A DNA stretch of 63,410 bases, filler included, from Sphacelaria rigidula (GCA_964200075.2; 9 parts of 9 records of this genome joined end to end with filler, not necessarily neighbours in it), one strand, 5' to 3'. Counted from the first letter of the whole stretch, positions 38,509-52,125 are shown. The notes: generated by a model not told the origin, from the sequence alone. Made by a program: numbers and translations.

Positions 38509-39122
38509 CTGGTAGTGCCGATCCCGCGTCCTGGAAACGCTGCTGTCGTTGCAATTATTGGCATTTTGTTCACCGTGGCATTGCCACGTAAACGCCCTCG
38601 TGCGTGATTCTTGCTGGCCATCGTCTTGGGTGACGATCCCTTGTTGTTCCTTCCACCACCACCACGACAATTCTGACCTCTACCAGCTCCGACAGGAGGC
38701 GCAACAGGATGGTTCTCATCGTGTTTGTGATGGCTCTGACCCGTCGCTCCCTTTTGCAGCAGAACGTCCAAACGAGCGATCGACGCCATCAGTCGAGCCT
38801 CGTCATCCTGCCGCTCGTCCCCGATGCTATCCCCGTTGCCGTCAACACCGACCAACCTCCGAACCTTTAACCCGGTCCTACCCCCAAACTGTCGCAATCT
38901 ACCGTCGCTGTCGCCACTAGCTTCTTTCTCGACGCCCCCGCTTCCGTCGGACGTGACGTGGACCACGTTGTCCCCAGCCGCGGCGGGGGCACCTGTTGCG
39001 ACAGAGTTGATGGCGTCGCGACCGACGTTTGCAAAAGGGTATCCATTAGCAGTCGTATCTCTTCCGCAATGCTTCGTCGCTGCAGCTGCTGTTTCCGCCA
39101 CCGCCGCAATCCGTATGTTTTC
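38509..39122 (-). CDS. Internal exon of the same gene
   Basis: gcag|GAA in phase 0 and AG|gtgaaa in phase 2; contains DEARLMASIARLDVLL. Confidence 0.72.
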
Positions 39123-40110
39123 CTGCTTCCGAGGAGCGGGTTAAGAGTGGCAGTCATTTTGCCGGCAACAATCAGGAAAATACGAACGTATTGACCACCG
39201 ATTTCATTCTTAGTGTGTTTATCGTACGTAACTACCAGGAAAGAGACATCATCACCCTCGGGTGAGGAGTGCTTTGCAACCCACTTCCCCTTCAAGGTTG
39301 CGGTGCTGGTGACGGTGAAATATATAGGAAATTTCCGGCAGCGCAAGGTCTTACCTTGTCGAGGGAATCAATCTTGGCCACATGGTCACCGTGTGTGTAT
39401 GGGTCTATTCCCCGTTATCCACGGCAACGGCAAACATACAGCACCGTTCCGATCCCAAACGTAAGGCACGGTTTGTTGCACATATTTATTATCATGATGG
39501 CATCGATGACAGTGATTCGCAAGGTTTGGCAGAATTGCTCCCCCCCGCCCGAAGAATTTCTGCACCTCGCTGCCTTCCGTTGCGGTTAGTGAGATTACTC
39601 TCTTACGAATACGAAAATAATCATCTCGCACCGAGGGTGCAGTACAGCCAATACCACAGGAGATCCCAGCAGCGGGTGACATAGTTTTTACAGGGACGTG
39701 TTTCCAGGTCGGTTAAGGGGTAAAATTTCGCGCGGAAGTGAAAGGGCACAACGCGACTCGAGTAAAAAACGCTACGAAGATAAATAGTCGTCATGAGTGT
39801 TCAATATTCATCATGAATATCGGGACGCGGACCTTTAGCACGTGCCACTCGTTCCTCTACACACAGTTACCTTGATTGTTTTGCGCGCAAAATTTCGTGC
39901 TCCTCAACCGAAACAGCCGTTGAGAAGTCTTTCAAAAACAAATTTGAGTGTGGAACCGAGCATACATACCTCTTCGCCTCACCCCCCCCGTCCCCCCACC
40001 TGGTCCGGCGAAACCCGTTTTGCTCCGTCCCGGCTTTGTAGGGATGCCAGGTCAATGGCCATATGACTACGGCATGCAAGATCATGAGTACACCCCCTGC
40101 GCGCCCATAC

Positions 40111-40361
40111 CTTAACTTTCAGCTGCAACTCCGCAGCATACTCCGCACGCCTCTGCAACAATTTTCGGCGTTCAATTTCGCTCCTTGTTTCACGCCCCTT
40201 GCCCCAGCGACTTCTTTCCTGTATTGGCGTGGACGGCCTCGCCTTCGCGGTTGCTCGTGCAACGGCCGACAGTCTTCTGCTCGCTTCGTATCTCGCCACC
40301 GATCTCGCACGACGACGGCTCATAGCCGCGACATATCCCCCACCCCACTCCCCGCCTCCTC
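40111..40361 (-). CDS. Internal exon of the same gene (basic coiled coil)
   Basis: EIERRKLLQRRAEYAAELQLKVK|gtatgg; phase 0 joins the next exon ENIRIAAV. Confidence 0.65.
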
Positions 40362-40678
40362 CTGCGCTTCAGGCACGGTAAAAGGGATCGAAACATAGAG
40401 AGCATTCGTTAAGGATGGAATGTCGTTAAAAAAACAGATCAATTCTTCGGTTTCGTTTGCATATTGTGTGTTCTTGATTCACATCGTGTTTGAAAAAACG
40501 AGCTGTAGACAGTGCCGCCATTCAGGTAACGGTTTGTCGGCGCTGTTGTTTTCATCGGCGGTGTTGATCCTGTTGGACAGGGAAAAGCAGTGCCGCTACT
40601 CGTACATATTCTTTTGAGTGCTGCATTTTTTGTTTCTGTTGTTACCCTCCTCCTGTTCTATTTTTGTCTCCGGACTCC

Positions 40679-40993
40679 TGCCGAGATAGCCCCCCCCCCC
40701 CGAACCGGCCAAAAAAGTGCACGGAGGCGACGACCATAAATGCCGTTAGAGCTGGTTTCGTGCTGCACGATGCGACTCATTTGGGCGTTATGGCTGATTT
40801 CGGACTGCTACACTCCTCTCATGTTGGCAGAATTGCTGCAAACGAGCCCAATAGGGGGATCGCAGCCGGTTTGTCGGACGGTCTCCGGTGCACTTTCTGT
40901 GTACTCATGATCATGCTTGCCATAGTCATAAGACCATTGACCTCGCATCCCTACAAAGCCGGTGCACTTTCTGTGGGGGGGGCTATCTCGGCA
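40679..40993. mobile_element. MITE with TGCCGAGATAGCCCCCC TIRs (contains a LINE-head fragment)
   Basis: Terminal inverted repeats; an inverted homolog lies at 55852-56088. Confidence 0.75.
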
Positions 40994-42357
40994 TTGATCT
41001 CCGCATGTTTGTGCTTCCGCGCTTTCGTATGCTCACGTCCTCTAACTGTCTACCGTTGTATCTGTTTCCAGGTTCTGTTCTTATGTCCCATTTCTTTTAA
41101 CCGCTGGGATTTTTATTTTTATTTCCTAAAACCACGGAATTCATCGGTAGCGAGGAGCAAACGTTCTCCTGGAACGTCATCTTCGGCGTCTTGCCAGCAA
41201 TTTCGCGCGACGGCGGCAGCTCGTAGCTGCGGAGAGGTGCTCCTCCATTCTCCCCGCTGTTTCCTGCTTTGCGTGAGTGTTTGCTGGTGGTGTTACTGCT
41301 GGTGCTGCTGCTTAGCCGGTGGGTCCACTTTGTTTGGAATGGAACCGGTGTCCAAACCCAAACACCTTAGCAGTTTATCTTCATTCGGGTCGTGCTTCGC
41401 GTGCCCCTTCCTTGTGACATGTTTTCTTCTGCGAACTTCGTGGTACAGGTGCGGGGTCGGCGGCCTTCTGACTGCGGCGTGAGCAAGCTACAGTGCTTCC
41501 ACTCACCCGAACGCCAAGTTTCGCCAGATACTGTCCTCTGCCGACGACGCGTGCTGCTACGATCTTTACACGGCTACGGCGTGACGAACACAGTCACGCC
41601 GTTTCCGCTCACGTGTATTCCGAAAACATCTTCGTCCTCCTGAGTGGTGGTCAATGTTCTTCACCCCTTGTCGGCGAAGCAATTCATTCGAGTTCACGCA
41701 TGCCCATGCGTAATGCTGTCACTTGACTTCTCGCGTACGTCTACTTCCGCAGTAGAGATTCCCTATCACTTCGCGGCCAATGGGGTATAAACAACTGCGG
41801 CGTGTGGAACATGATCACACTCCGTTCCTATGACCATGCCGTGGGCGTGACGACCGTACAGTACCCGATTATTACTGAATATCTGCCCGTCGACTCACCC
41901 GACCTCGTGCTGGCGGGCGTGGTTGCACTGCTTGATTCTCGTGTGCTTGGTGCACTGCTCATGCTTGCGTCACGACTGCGTTTACCCCTGTGCCGACCAG
42001 AAGTATGACCCCCTGGTATTCGTTGTGCCGTTAATGTAGCGCGGGGAAGGCAACAGGTGACGGGTTATTCCGTGCATGAACAGCGGTATGCTCAGGCACC
42101 AGTTGCTGCCTCTGAATGACTGACTGGCAGTGAAAGAATCTGCGTGAAAGGGGGGGGGGGGGGGTGACACTGATTCGGGGGATTCTTGGATTTTCACTTT
42201 TTTTTCTTTTAATTTAAATGTTTTTGGCCCTTGCCCAGTAGANNNNNNNNNNNNNNNNNNNNNNNNNNNNNNNNNNNNNNNNNNNNTTAATTAATTAANN
42301 NNNNNNNNNNNNNNNNNNNNNNNNNNNNNNNNNNNNNNNNNNCTAATGTGATGGATA

Positions 42358-42427
42358 TAATAATAAAAATAAAAATAAAAATAAAAATAAAAATAAAAAT
42401 AAAAATAATAATAAAAATAATAATAAT
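42358..42427 (+). repeat. (AAAATA)n microsatellite
   Basis: Direct reading. Confidence 0.9.
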
Positions 42428-43714
42428 TCGGAAACTGAAACATACCTGAAAATAATCATGTACCGATTAAAATAATGAGTTTGTCAGATCAGTGCAATAC
42501 AGTACGGCAAAACACAGAATGTTTATTGCTTCGTGACCCCGTGAGAGGATGGGGTGCAAACTCGACTCAGGTAGTCGATCAATGGACACGGCTGATTGCC
42601 GATCAAGATGAGGTGAAAAGATATATGAAGCTTTGTTGGTGAAAAGGGAAGGAAGGGGAGTGGACCCAGTAGGGGCCGAGGTCTCAAAATGCGACAAACA
42701 CCACTCACGTATGTCTAGTCACCAACATCACAGTATAAAGTCATCCCGCGTAGTACCCGGAACTCAAACAGGTATGTCACTAGACTTTTGTACCTTATCC
42801 TGACAAAGTGTATCTTATTGACTACCCCAGGCCATCCTACGGACACAGTGCACTACACTACACTAGAGTGATGCCGCGGAGCTCCCCCCCCAAACCAGGC
42901 TTAAACCTACCATAAAAATGATCATACAGCGCATGATATCTGCCCCAGGGAAGCGGAACAAAAGCTAAAAACTTGCGCAGAAACTGTTTGATCTGCGGTC
43001 AACGTTTTTTGTTCTATTTTGGGCAATCAAGCCTCAGGGATCGTAGATATGCGTGTGAACCGCAACGTGAAAGGGAGAAATTCCCACAAGTGTCCGTCGA
43101 GGTATCGCCTCTTCACGTACGTTTGATTTGATTCGAACCAGCGATGATTCGTTTCATACTTTGGTTCATACTGTCTTCCCCTCTGTCCAAAAAATACAAT
43201 CCGACCATCAATCCATCCAACCGTCCAACCATCCATCCTCAACCAACCTTAAATTAATGAATTAATTAATTTATAAAATAATTATGTTCTGTTGTACTGT
43301 TGTAGTTAATATACGGGACCTTCACGGGTTGTTCAAAGCCCTGGAAGCCCTACCGCATTTCGGCAGTGTTTCGAATGCTGGGTCAGGGCAACGGGCTTGT
43401 TAATTTTTTTTATTTATTTGTTGTTTTTGCATTAAAACGTACTATAATAGCTTGTAGTAGTACTTTTACCGCGGAACGATTGGCACACATGGAAGAACGG
43501 GGTACAGTACTTCGTTCAGGGATGTGAAGAAAACAAACAAACGCAGAAGCAGCCAGTTGTGGAGCCACCTTGTGCCCGCGGAGCACAGCGACACGGGGGA
43601 GTCAGTCCCACTTCATGCACAACAGCTCCGAGCCTAGCCGTTGCTCAGCTAAACGCACACGAGGCATTTCTTTGCGGCAGAAACCCATCCAAAATCTCGG
43701 GGGGCCAAGCAATC

Positions 43715-43928
43715 GCCGAGGGAAAGGGACGGCTGAACCCCTCTCGCGATCGAAACTAAGGCAAGCACCGCAGAAGCGACTTAGAGTACTAAAACAAAAC
43801 AAAAAAATGAAAAAAACTCCTGCGTTGGCCTTCCTCCTGTGTGACCCTGGCTGACGCGCACACACATACCAAAAGATTTAGACCGGCGTCCAGAATAGAT
43901 GGGATGACAACACACAAACCCACACACT
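43715..43928 (+). mobile_element. SINE 3' part
   Basis: Matches the body of the 45977 copy; another partial copy at ~45185-45390 (-). Confidence 0.7.
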
Positions 43929-44121
43929 CACGCTTTCGACGGAGTGAGTCGGATACTTCCTAGAAGAAAAATAGCGCATCGAGAATCGAACCCACGCGTT
44001 CTCTCCACCCTAATGGTGACTGTCGGACCGTAAGACGACCGGGGCGCGGTATCAAAAATTGCAAAATACAAAAAGGGGTGGGGGGGGGAAGACCATCGCT
44101 GCTAACATCCCCAGCCTAAGT

Positions 44122-44286
44122 TTATTTCTTCTCGACGACCTCAACGTTCGCTTCCTTGCGTAGTAGGTCGACGACTTCTCTAGGCTCTATCCCCTCCACC
44201 GCGGCAATCTTCTCCCTGATGCAGTTCCACTTGAATTCTGAAGATGATTTCTCCCCGAACTTTGCCCACGATACCGCGTTGAGGAC
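44122..44286 (-). CDS. Possible terminal exon, unknown protein
   Basis: atcttgcag|VLNAVSWAKFGEKSSSEFKWNCIREKIAAVEGIEPREVVDLLRKEANVEVVEKK*; protein-like composition. Confidence 0.45.
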   Translation of the reverse strand, partial: VLNAVSWAKFGEKSSSEFKWNCIREKIAAVEGIEPREVVDLLRKEANVEVVEKK

Positions 44287-45976
44287 CTGCAAGATGATAG
44301 ATGAAAACACACGAGCATTTATTGCTGGAGATGGCAGCGTAACTACTGGATATAGTAACTTCGTCGCACACACACAGGCCTACAAAATCTTGATTCTAGT
44401 GCATCTGCTGTCTTCCTACGAAATTAGGTATTTTTTCCATAAGATGGCACCTGGGGTTGGTCGTTGTTTGACTCCTGCTTGGTATCTTTTTTTGTTTCTG
44501 TTTTCGTTGTCTCCCCTTCCTTCCTTGTTTTTCCTGTGATTGCTTCAATGGCAGATGTGACGTTTGTTCAACCACACCCCGATCATTTCGGGGGCAGCCT
44601 TTTTCTCTTCTGTTTCTATGACGTCCCTCTCTTCTTGTTTTTTTTGTGTTATTTTTTATTTGCTACACACTTTCTTGGAACCGGGCCCACAGATGGAGGA
44701 AGAGGGGGGGGGGGGGGGGTAGTATGCGTTGAAAGATATTTTTCACTAATGAGAACCTTTCCCAACACGAAAATGCGGGAACTTCGCAGAATCAAACGAG
44801 CTGTGAGATGCATATGAGTTGAAAAATGGCTGTGATTGGCCCACACGTTGTGCCGCTGCGAGTGAGAGAGAGACGCCGACACAGAGAGAGAGACAGCTGC
44901 GACGATCAATCGCTGAGGATACAGCAGTCCGTGCTGGCTCAGTTTGGTCGCCCCGACTACAACTCAGGTAGCAAAGAAGACACCCGAACGGCTGCACTGC
45001 CATCACGTGATGTTTTCAACTTTGTAAAGATAGCATTTTGTTCCCACCCCAGTTCTGTTCAGACCGGGACACAAGGCAATGCAGCAGCTGACACTTTCCA
45101 GCGCATATCAAACCGTGGTCGCAGGGTTCAAACGCACCACAACATGGAAATAATGGATTGTGGGCGGCGCCTTGATCGTTTCATGTGTGTGTGTTATCCC
45201 ATTTATTCTGGATGTCGGTCTACACCTTTCGGTATATGTGGGCGCACCAGCGGGGGTCACACAGGAGGAAGGCCAACGTAGGGGTTTTTCTGCTATATTT
45301 TGTTCTAGTACCGCACCTTCCTTCTGGGGCGCTTGCCTTTATTTTTTGTCGCGAGAGGGGTTCAGCAGCCCCTTTCTCTCGTCGACCGTTAAGACGAACT
45401 TCTTCTATTTATGGAAGACGCAATAGCCAACACTTTCTGGTCGGGCATTCAAAATCGGGTGCCCATTTTGAACGCCTGGCCAAGATCACACTTCGTGCAA
45501 AAATATTTTCATTCGCATATATTCACCCCTGTCTGGGGGAGGTGAACCTGAACCTATTTCTTTACAGTCACCACACCGAAAATGGAATGTGGTACAAAGG
45601 ACACTCAACCGTTCATCTCTGTTCGATATAAAACCTCCGCCAAGGGATCTCCTTCACCCAGGACAAGCGCGATGAAAACAAACAAAACGCACACGCAAAC
45701 ACAAGCACACACAACACCCTCCGGACGTAGACTACATAATGGGAAAACATACAGGCTACTAGAGCTTAGTTGACGACAACATCCATTTCATGTGACCTTC
45801 CACCATTTGAATAATATACAGTTTATCTGATTTGAAGAGTTAAATGATTTTATTTGATTCAAGGGTCGGGCAAATAATGACTCATCTGAAAATTACTTGC
45901 TTTCAGTCAAAATGATTCGTATCGCACGAATCAACTAATCCTTCAGCCTTGTTTTCAGCGTCGCACTGCCCTGTAA

Positions 45977-46330
45977 CCGGTCGCCCCGGTCGCTCAGTTG
46001 GTAACCTCGAAACCTCCCAACGGTTGGGTCGTGGGTTCAAATCTCGGAGTGATACAGGATTTTTCTCATGCCCAACAGTGGAGAGCAACCATGTCGCGGG
46101 TACACAAAATTTGACTCAACGGTCGACGAGGTAAAGGGACTGTTGAACCCCTCTCGCGATAAAAAATAAAAGGGAAGCATCGCAGAAGGAAGGTGGGGTA
46201 CTAAAAACAAAAAACAAAAAAGCTCCTGTGTTGACCTTCCTCCTGTGTGACCCCGGCTGATGCGCCCACATATACCGAAAGTTGTAGACTAGCGCCAAGA
46301 ATAAATGGGACAACAACACAACACACACAA
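45977..46330 (+). mobile_element. tRNA-derived SINE, near full length
   Basis: A-box cgctcagttgg, B-box ggttcaaatc, conserved body and CA-rich tail. Confidence 0.82.
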
Positions 46331-46564
46331 CACTATATGATACTGTACTGCAACCGCATCATGATGAACCACCTCCATGAACTCTGATAACAGCATCACA
46401 GGCATAATGCATCTCTACTTTACTCTCGCCCTGTCTGTACGTCGAGCTTCATCTCGGGAGCTCACAATCATGCAGAACGGACGGACGATGTCGCACAAGG
46501 CAGCAGCGTGCGATATCTCCCCGCACCACCATGACATAGGCCGTGGCCAGCAAACGCAATGAAC

Positions 46565-46809
46565 CTGACATTCCACGGAGCAGTCGCCGCGAACAACGCA
46601 CCGTTCAAGCCTAGAGCGAACGTGTTTCCCCGCGCCACCCTGGGATCGTGGTGGATGTTGATCGGAAACGAGGCATCATCCAGGTAAATACTACCGCCGC
46701 CGCCGCCGCCGCCGCCCCCTCCTGGAACGTCCGGCCGAAACTTGGGTCTAGTTTTAACTGGCCGCGGCTTCGATGAGAATTCATAGGAAGGCCGATGCAC
46801 CACTGGCAT
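46565..46809 (-). CDS. RSP3: Probable first exon of a radial spoke protein 3-like gene
   Basis: YEFSSKPRPVKTRPKFR and NIHHDPRVARGNTFA resemble the RSP3 N-terminal motifs Y.F.S.PR.V...K[YF]R and NIM[YF]DRRV.RGNTYA. Downstream exons were not recognised. Confidence 0.55.
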
Positions 46810-47969
46810 GGTATTTCCGTCACAGAGGCAGGCGTCTCTGAAGCGAGCTCGCGTGTGGTACTGATGACTTCAAGTCTACTGTTTCTGGTGCGGCAGCTTC
46901 GGCGTAGTCGAGGTCGACGGAAACGAAATCATATTTCGTCGAAGTGTCAGCATATGACAGTTTCATTTTCGGTACTGAAGCAAATTATGATGTATAACAC
47001 CCCCAGCGTCCTTATATACTGTAGCGGCTTTTGTATCAAATACAGACAAAACCAGAGAGATACGATCTGTATAGAAGATAAACCTCGAAACGGGTTGACC
47101 AGAACACACCCCTAGGCCGCGAAGTATTGTGATCATCGAGAAACGTTGACTATTAGAACGTTATCACCAGGGGTGCTATATCCCGTCATTGCCATTGCAA
47201 GGTGTAAGTGCCATCACGCTATCATCTCATTTCATGAATTTCTTGAATAGCTCCAGAGCATCCCGTCAGCCGTGCAGGAATCATGATGCTGCTGCGATGG
47301 TGCGTAGTGCTGGTGCTTGCTTCATGGTATGTTAGCGTGGAGTCTTTCCTGCTTATTTCTTCGCCTCTGGTGGGACACGTGGCCACACCAATAGCACCAC
47401 ATAGCAGGTAAGGAAACATGCAAAATGTTGGATGCTCGAGCCCGCCTCATGCACCCGTATGGTTGAAATCTGCAACGATGATGCCGGGCTTGTTGATGTA
47501 TGTTGGCTAGGCACGGCTTTGCGGTCAAGTGTTCGTGTACCCTCTGAAGTCTAGTCCACACCACTGCGTGATGATCCAGAGCTGATTGCGTTTCAACTTG
47601 CAAAACAAGACTTTTGCAGAGTTCATGTCTGAAGGTACCGCACAATCAGAACATTGATCTCTGTCATGCTCTGCTGTGCTCCTGCGCCGCACTGTTGTGT
47701 GTGTTGTACTGTCGCACACGGTACGGTGCATGCGGAAAGGAACAACACGTGAAGATCGACTGAGTCAACACCGTTGTGAAGATTGCAAAATCTTCCGTTT
47801 GCGACCATAGAGACGAAACGGGCGCGCGAACAGAGTCCTGGGCGTTCTTCATCCTCTTGACCGCCAGAGTGGGCGATCTCGCAAGGCGCAATCTTTTTCA
47901 CTTGAAAACAAACTGCTTATACTGCAACGTGGATAATGATGGCACCTGACGAGCTTGGTCCCTCTGGCG

Positions 47970-49150
47970 GTCGAAGGCATAAAAATACCCAACACGGGCT
48001 CGTAGCCTGAAGCCAGGTTCATCACCCTTGACATGAGTACCTCATTTTTGCCCCAGGCGATTTGCATGATACACAACCCAGGGGTCCCGCGATCGTTTCT
48101 TCTATCTTGTTGCGCCACTAATGTACTGGTTACTTTCCTCCAGGGAGGTGTCATCGGTTCAAGAATGGCTTGCATGACACAAAGCCTTACTCATACATCG
48201 GGATGCCCCCTACATCACTTCCTCCTATTCCATGTACGGTTCACCATGGGTTGCTACTCCACTATTGCTCCCGAGTAGACCTTCGCTGCCGAAAGCTTGA
48301 CGAACGATTCCCCCACGTTTTGTACTGGCTTCTATCCTTCCAAGATCGCAACATATCTACGCACCACTCGGTGGTCCTTATTTTGCTCACGTGGTCGGTC
48401 GTTGGCAAGGTGTATTGTCACAGGAGTGTTGTCGGGTCCGACGTTTTTTTCATCCATGACCCATCCCTTTCCTTCGCTTGACGCCTGTGCACCTAATTTT
48501 GGAGATTTGAGGATAATATCTGACCAGATTTCCACCGCCCAATGGTTAGTGATGCAGTTTTCCGCGTATCTGACCACGAGACCCAACCTCGGTGTGAATT
48601 TGGCATGTCGTGGTGACCTTATTCTACTGTACTTGTTACATCTTTTCCGTGTTTCGATTATGGATGTAAGGTGATCAGCCTTCAAGTGATTACTTACATG
48701 TCTTGGGTTTGGTCGTTACGTCATGTCTTCCATTTGGTTCAACGTGGGGGACATTTCTCGATTGTGTTTTGTTTTGGTTTGGGGAAGTAAAAAAGGGATT
48801 AGTTACGTCATTTCATGTCTGTATCCTGTATGTCTTCGGGTCAATGCAAAGAAAAAATGGATCGCTTCGTTATCCCGTGTCTACATCCGGCCTGTCTTCT
48901 CGTCAGTGCCAAGGAAAGAATGGTTAGCTTCGTTTTTCATGTCCATATCTGATCTGTGTTCTGGTATTGCAAAGAAAAATGGTGACCTTCGTCATTTCAT
49001 ATCCATCTCCGAGCTGTGTCGCAACATGGGAAAACAAACTTGGTTGTTTGAATGATGGCGTGTCTGTTGTGTCTGTTGGTCTAGAGAGTTGTCAAGTGTC
49101 TATTGTCGGTCTCTGGTATATGTACAAGGCAGGCTGTATATTTCATGCAT
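47970..49150. repeat. Degenerate dispersed repeat, homologous to 53060-54620
   Basis: Collinear blocks (gggctcgtagc.tgaagcca; gaaagcttg.cga.cgattcccccac; ccagatttccaccgcccaatgg; tgtcggtctctggtatatgtac) and internal ~50-60-bp repeats of catgtctatatccggtctgtgttctggta. Confidence 0.75.
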
Positions 49151-49659
49151 AGATTGTGGCGGCTTGTTTTAACAGCATCGTTCCCACTTGACGTCGACCC
49201 AGGAATCTAGAGAGAAGGATGCGCGCGGGGGGGGGGGGGGGGGGGGGGGGGACTATTTTTTTTTGTTGTTTGTTTGTTGCGAAAAAAACCAGCAACTCNN
49301 NNNNNNNNNNNNNNNNNNNNNNNNNNNNNNNNNNNNNNNNNNTTAATTAATTAANNNNNNNNNNNNNNNNNNNNNNNNNNNNNNNNNNNNNNNNNNNNAT
49401 TAAACAGTAGGGAGAAAACGACGGCTATACTAGGAGATATATGGTGGCCAGAGACGGCGAAACAGGACGGGGATAAGATACGTAAAAGGTTTTGTGTAAT
49501 GTATGGGAGAAACGTAATGAGCGCCGGAATGTTGAAGGTGTCTCTATTAGGAGTAGGAACGGTGCTCCGTCTCGGAAGGGATGCGTGGTCAATGGTCGAA
49601 CGACTAAGGCAAGCAACAAATGACTACGCCCCCCCACACCCCCTCCCCGTACTTTAATT

Positions 49660-52125
49660 ACACTTCATGAGTTCATCCACGATTTCGTCTGCCCCTGCCG
49701 TCTTTTTGTTCTTGAGGTCAGCTACAAACTCTCATAGTCCTCTCTTGCCAACTCTCTCTGCAATCCTTTCGAACCTCTACATTTGCCTCTGCCCACGCGC
49801 TTTCTTGTCTCGAATCCGGATAGACCTAGCATTCGGTAGTGTTCCACCAGTACTTCCCTCTTCCCCTTCGAACTACTGACCATCTGACCGTTCTGTGCTC
49901 TTGGCATAACTATTCCCTTGTCTACCTCTCCTGCCTGTTGGCCCAGTATCCATTTCATCCCTGAGTAATATCACGGTCAGGGTGCACCGGTGCGGCCAAA
50001 ACTTATTTGGTTCAGGGGCTCCTAACGATTTAAGATGCACAAGATTTTGAGTCAGGGCATCCCCGTTTGCAAATTCATTTGGGATATATCCCTAGCCCAA
50101 TGGAATAGTAATCCTGGCGCACCTCTCACATATTTCATAACTCGTGTTTTTGAAGAGATGAATAGCTCCTGACAATTCTAACCCCAGAAAATATTTGTGT
50201 GCCCCTACTGTAGCATCACTCCCCTACCCACATTTGCTCCATCCTGCCATCGAAGTAGTCATTTGTTTCATGACATGCATATTTTCTTCTTCCTTCATTT
50301 TTCTTCTCTACCATCTGTTTTACCTCTCCTCTAGCTTCAGCATACTCCTCCGACCCCACCGTAGTTCCACTCGAATGTGCATCTTGCGTGGCGCTCTCTC
50401 CTTACTCCTATGGCTTCTATTACGTTCTCATCCCCCCATTTTACTGCTCTTTTGCATACGATCAGTTTCTTCCCTGTGACTTACTTCACCTGCTGTGGTC
50501 TTGACCACTTGTTCCCATCCTTGTATAACTTGTGCTCCTGCGCGATCCGCCTCTGTTTCATTCTTAGCTGTACCTACGCTTCCGAACAAATCGAAAAATA
50601 ATCACTGCATTTATTCTTCTCGCTTCTCGGAACTCTTGTTGTTTTCTTTCTTCTATCTCATCTATTCCTCACTTGTATGGCTTCCTACCCTGCCCATTCC
50701 TTGTAACTCTAATCTGTTGGCTCCCGGCCCATATCGAGTAATGATACGCAGTTCCTACGCCCGCTGCGCATACATACACTTCCGCCTTCTCACTACTTTC
50801 ACATCCTACCACAATTTACAGTCAAGAATGGAGCTTTCACCATTTGTATGCATGGTCTAGACCACCGCTGATCTGGCTTTTTTACTCTAGTGTTCACGTG
50901 TTCATGTCGTTCTCAAGGAACTTCGACATCTCCACCCCATCCTCATCCTTCTTCATTTTCCCATATTGCCCAATGTTATCATTCAATTGGCTTGCTTTTC
51001 CAATCCCTGCATCAACGCCTCCCACTAACATTACTTCTCCTTGCCTTCTATACTTCTGAACAACAGCTTATATTCCTTCAAGATTCTTCTGTATATCTTA
51101 TACCATACTCTTCGACCCTGGGGGTGTATAGACGTTTTCTTCGATAACGTACTTCGTTCTTTGCCCTCCTGGTACCCTTACCCATATGCTCTCATCGAAT
51201 TCCATAATGTCACACAGATCATCCTTGACTAGGAATCCTACTCCCCCAGCTCTCCCATTCCTGCGTCTGTCCCTTACTCCTACCTTCCTCATTCATGCGT
51301 ACTCTCCAACTTTGCATCCTATTTCCCCCTATCTTACTCCACGACTCTTGGATTACCCTTGTGTCAAGATCGTGCTCACTTACTCCTCGGCTACTCTAGT
51401 CTCTTGCAATCTTCCGTGGAGAATCCGTCTACGTTCCACTATCCTGCTCTCAGCTTCATTGTCAAAATCGCAATCCATCTTCCTCTCGACTATTGTTCTC
51501 TCTCCGTCGTTTTTGATTATATCTTCTCTTGCTTGATTTTTCTTTCCGTTCCTGGCTTGGTCCTTATCTGCTTACTTCGGGCCGCTATTACCCCCCCCCC
51601 CCCTCTCCTCATTGAGGGCTTTTGTCGGTTGGCAACGACGCTGAACCACTCACTGTGTAAGCGAGGCAACCAGGCTACCGGGATTTTTTTCGCTTGCGTT
51701 TTTTGCGCGGAAACCATCATCGTGTCAAGCTAGATCATATTGTGCGGGGTTTGGTGAAGAACCTAAATTCCGCGCAAAGGGGATGATCATACCACGTACG
51801 AGGTAGTATTTGTGTACATGGTGAGCTACCCGTGACGCAGTGTGTAAGCCGTGGCTGTCTCTGGCGATGGCGATACAAGAAAATAAAGCAGCACATTGTC
51901 TATCATCCATATGCAGGATAATCAGTACGCTTCAGGCCGAACACTCGTGGTAGGATACAGCAGCTCACCCTTCATGCGACTCGCCGAACACATCACGGCT
52001 CTTCATGCTTGGTGATTGCAAGCCTGGTCCGGTGAAAACCCGGCGTGCTCCGTCCCGGCTTTGCAGGGATGCGAGGTCAATAGTCTTATGACTAGGGCAC
52101 GCAAGATCATGAGTACATCCCCCTC
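49660..52125 (-). mobile_element. Degenerate LINE (APE endonuclease, truncated at the start of RT)
   Basis: Motifs VIQESW, GGVGFLVK, ESIWVRV and NVYTPP, plus RT-proximal LKNKKTAGADEIVDELMK; many stops. Confidence 0.85.
49962..50222. mobile_element. MITE (same family as 7941-8201) nested in the LINE
   Basis: Shared core ttcaggggctcctaacgatt..tcagggcatccccgtttgcaaattcatt. Confidence 0.8.

Noticed and set aside
40664-41482. 272-aa plus-strand ORF
   Set aside because: Crosses a MITE and a LINE head and is antisense to the probable minus-strand gene.
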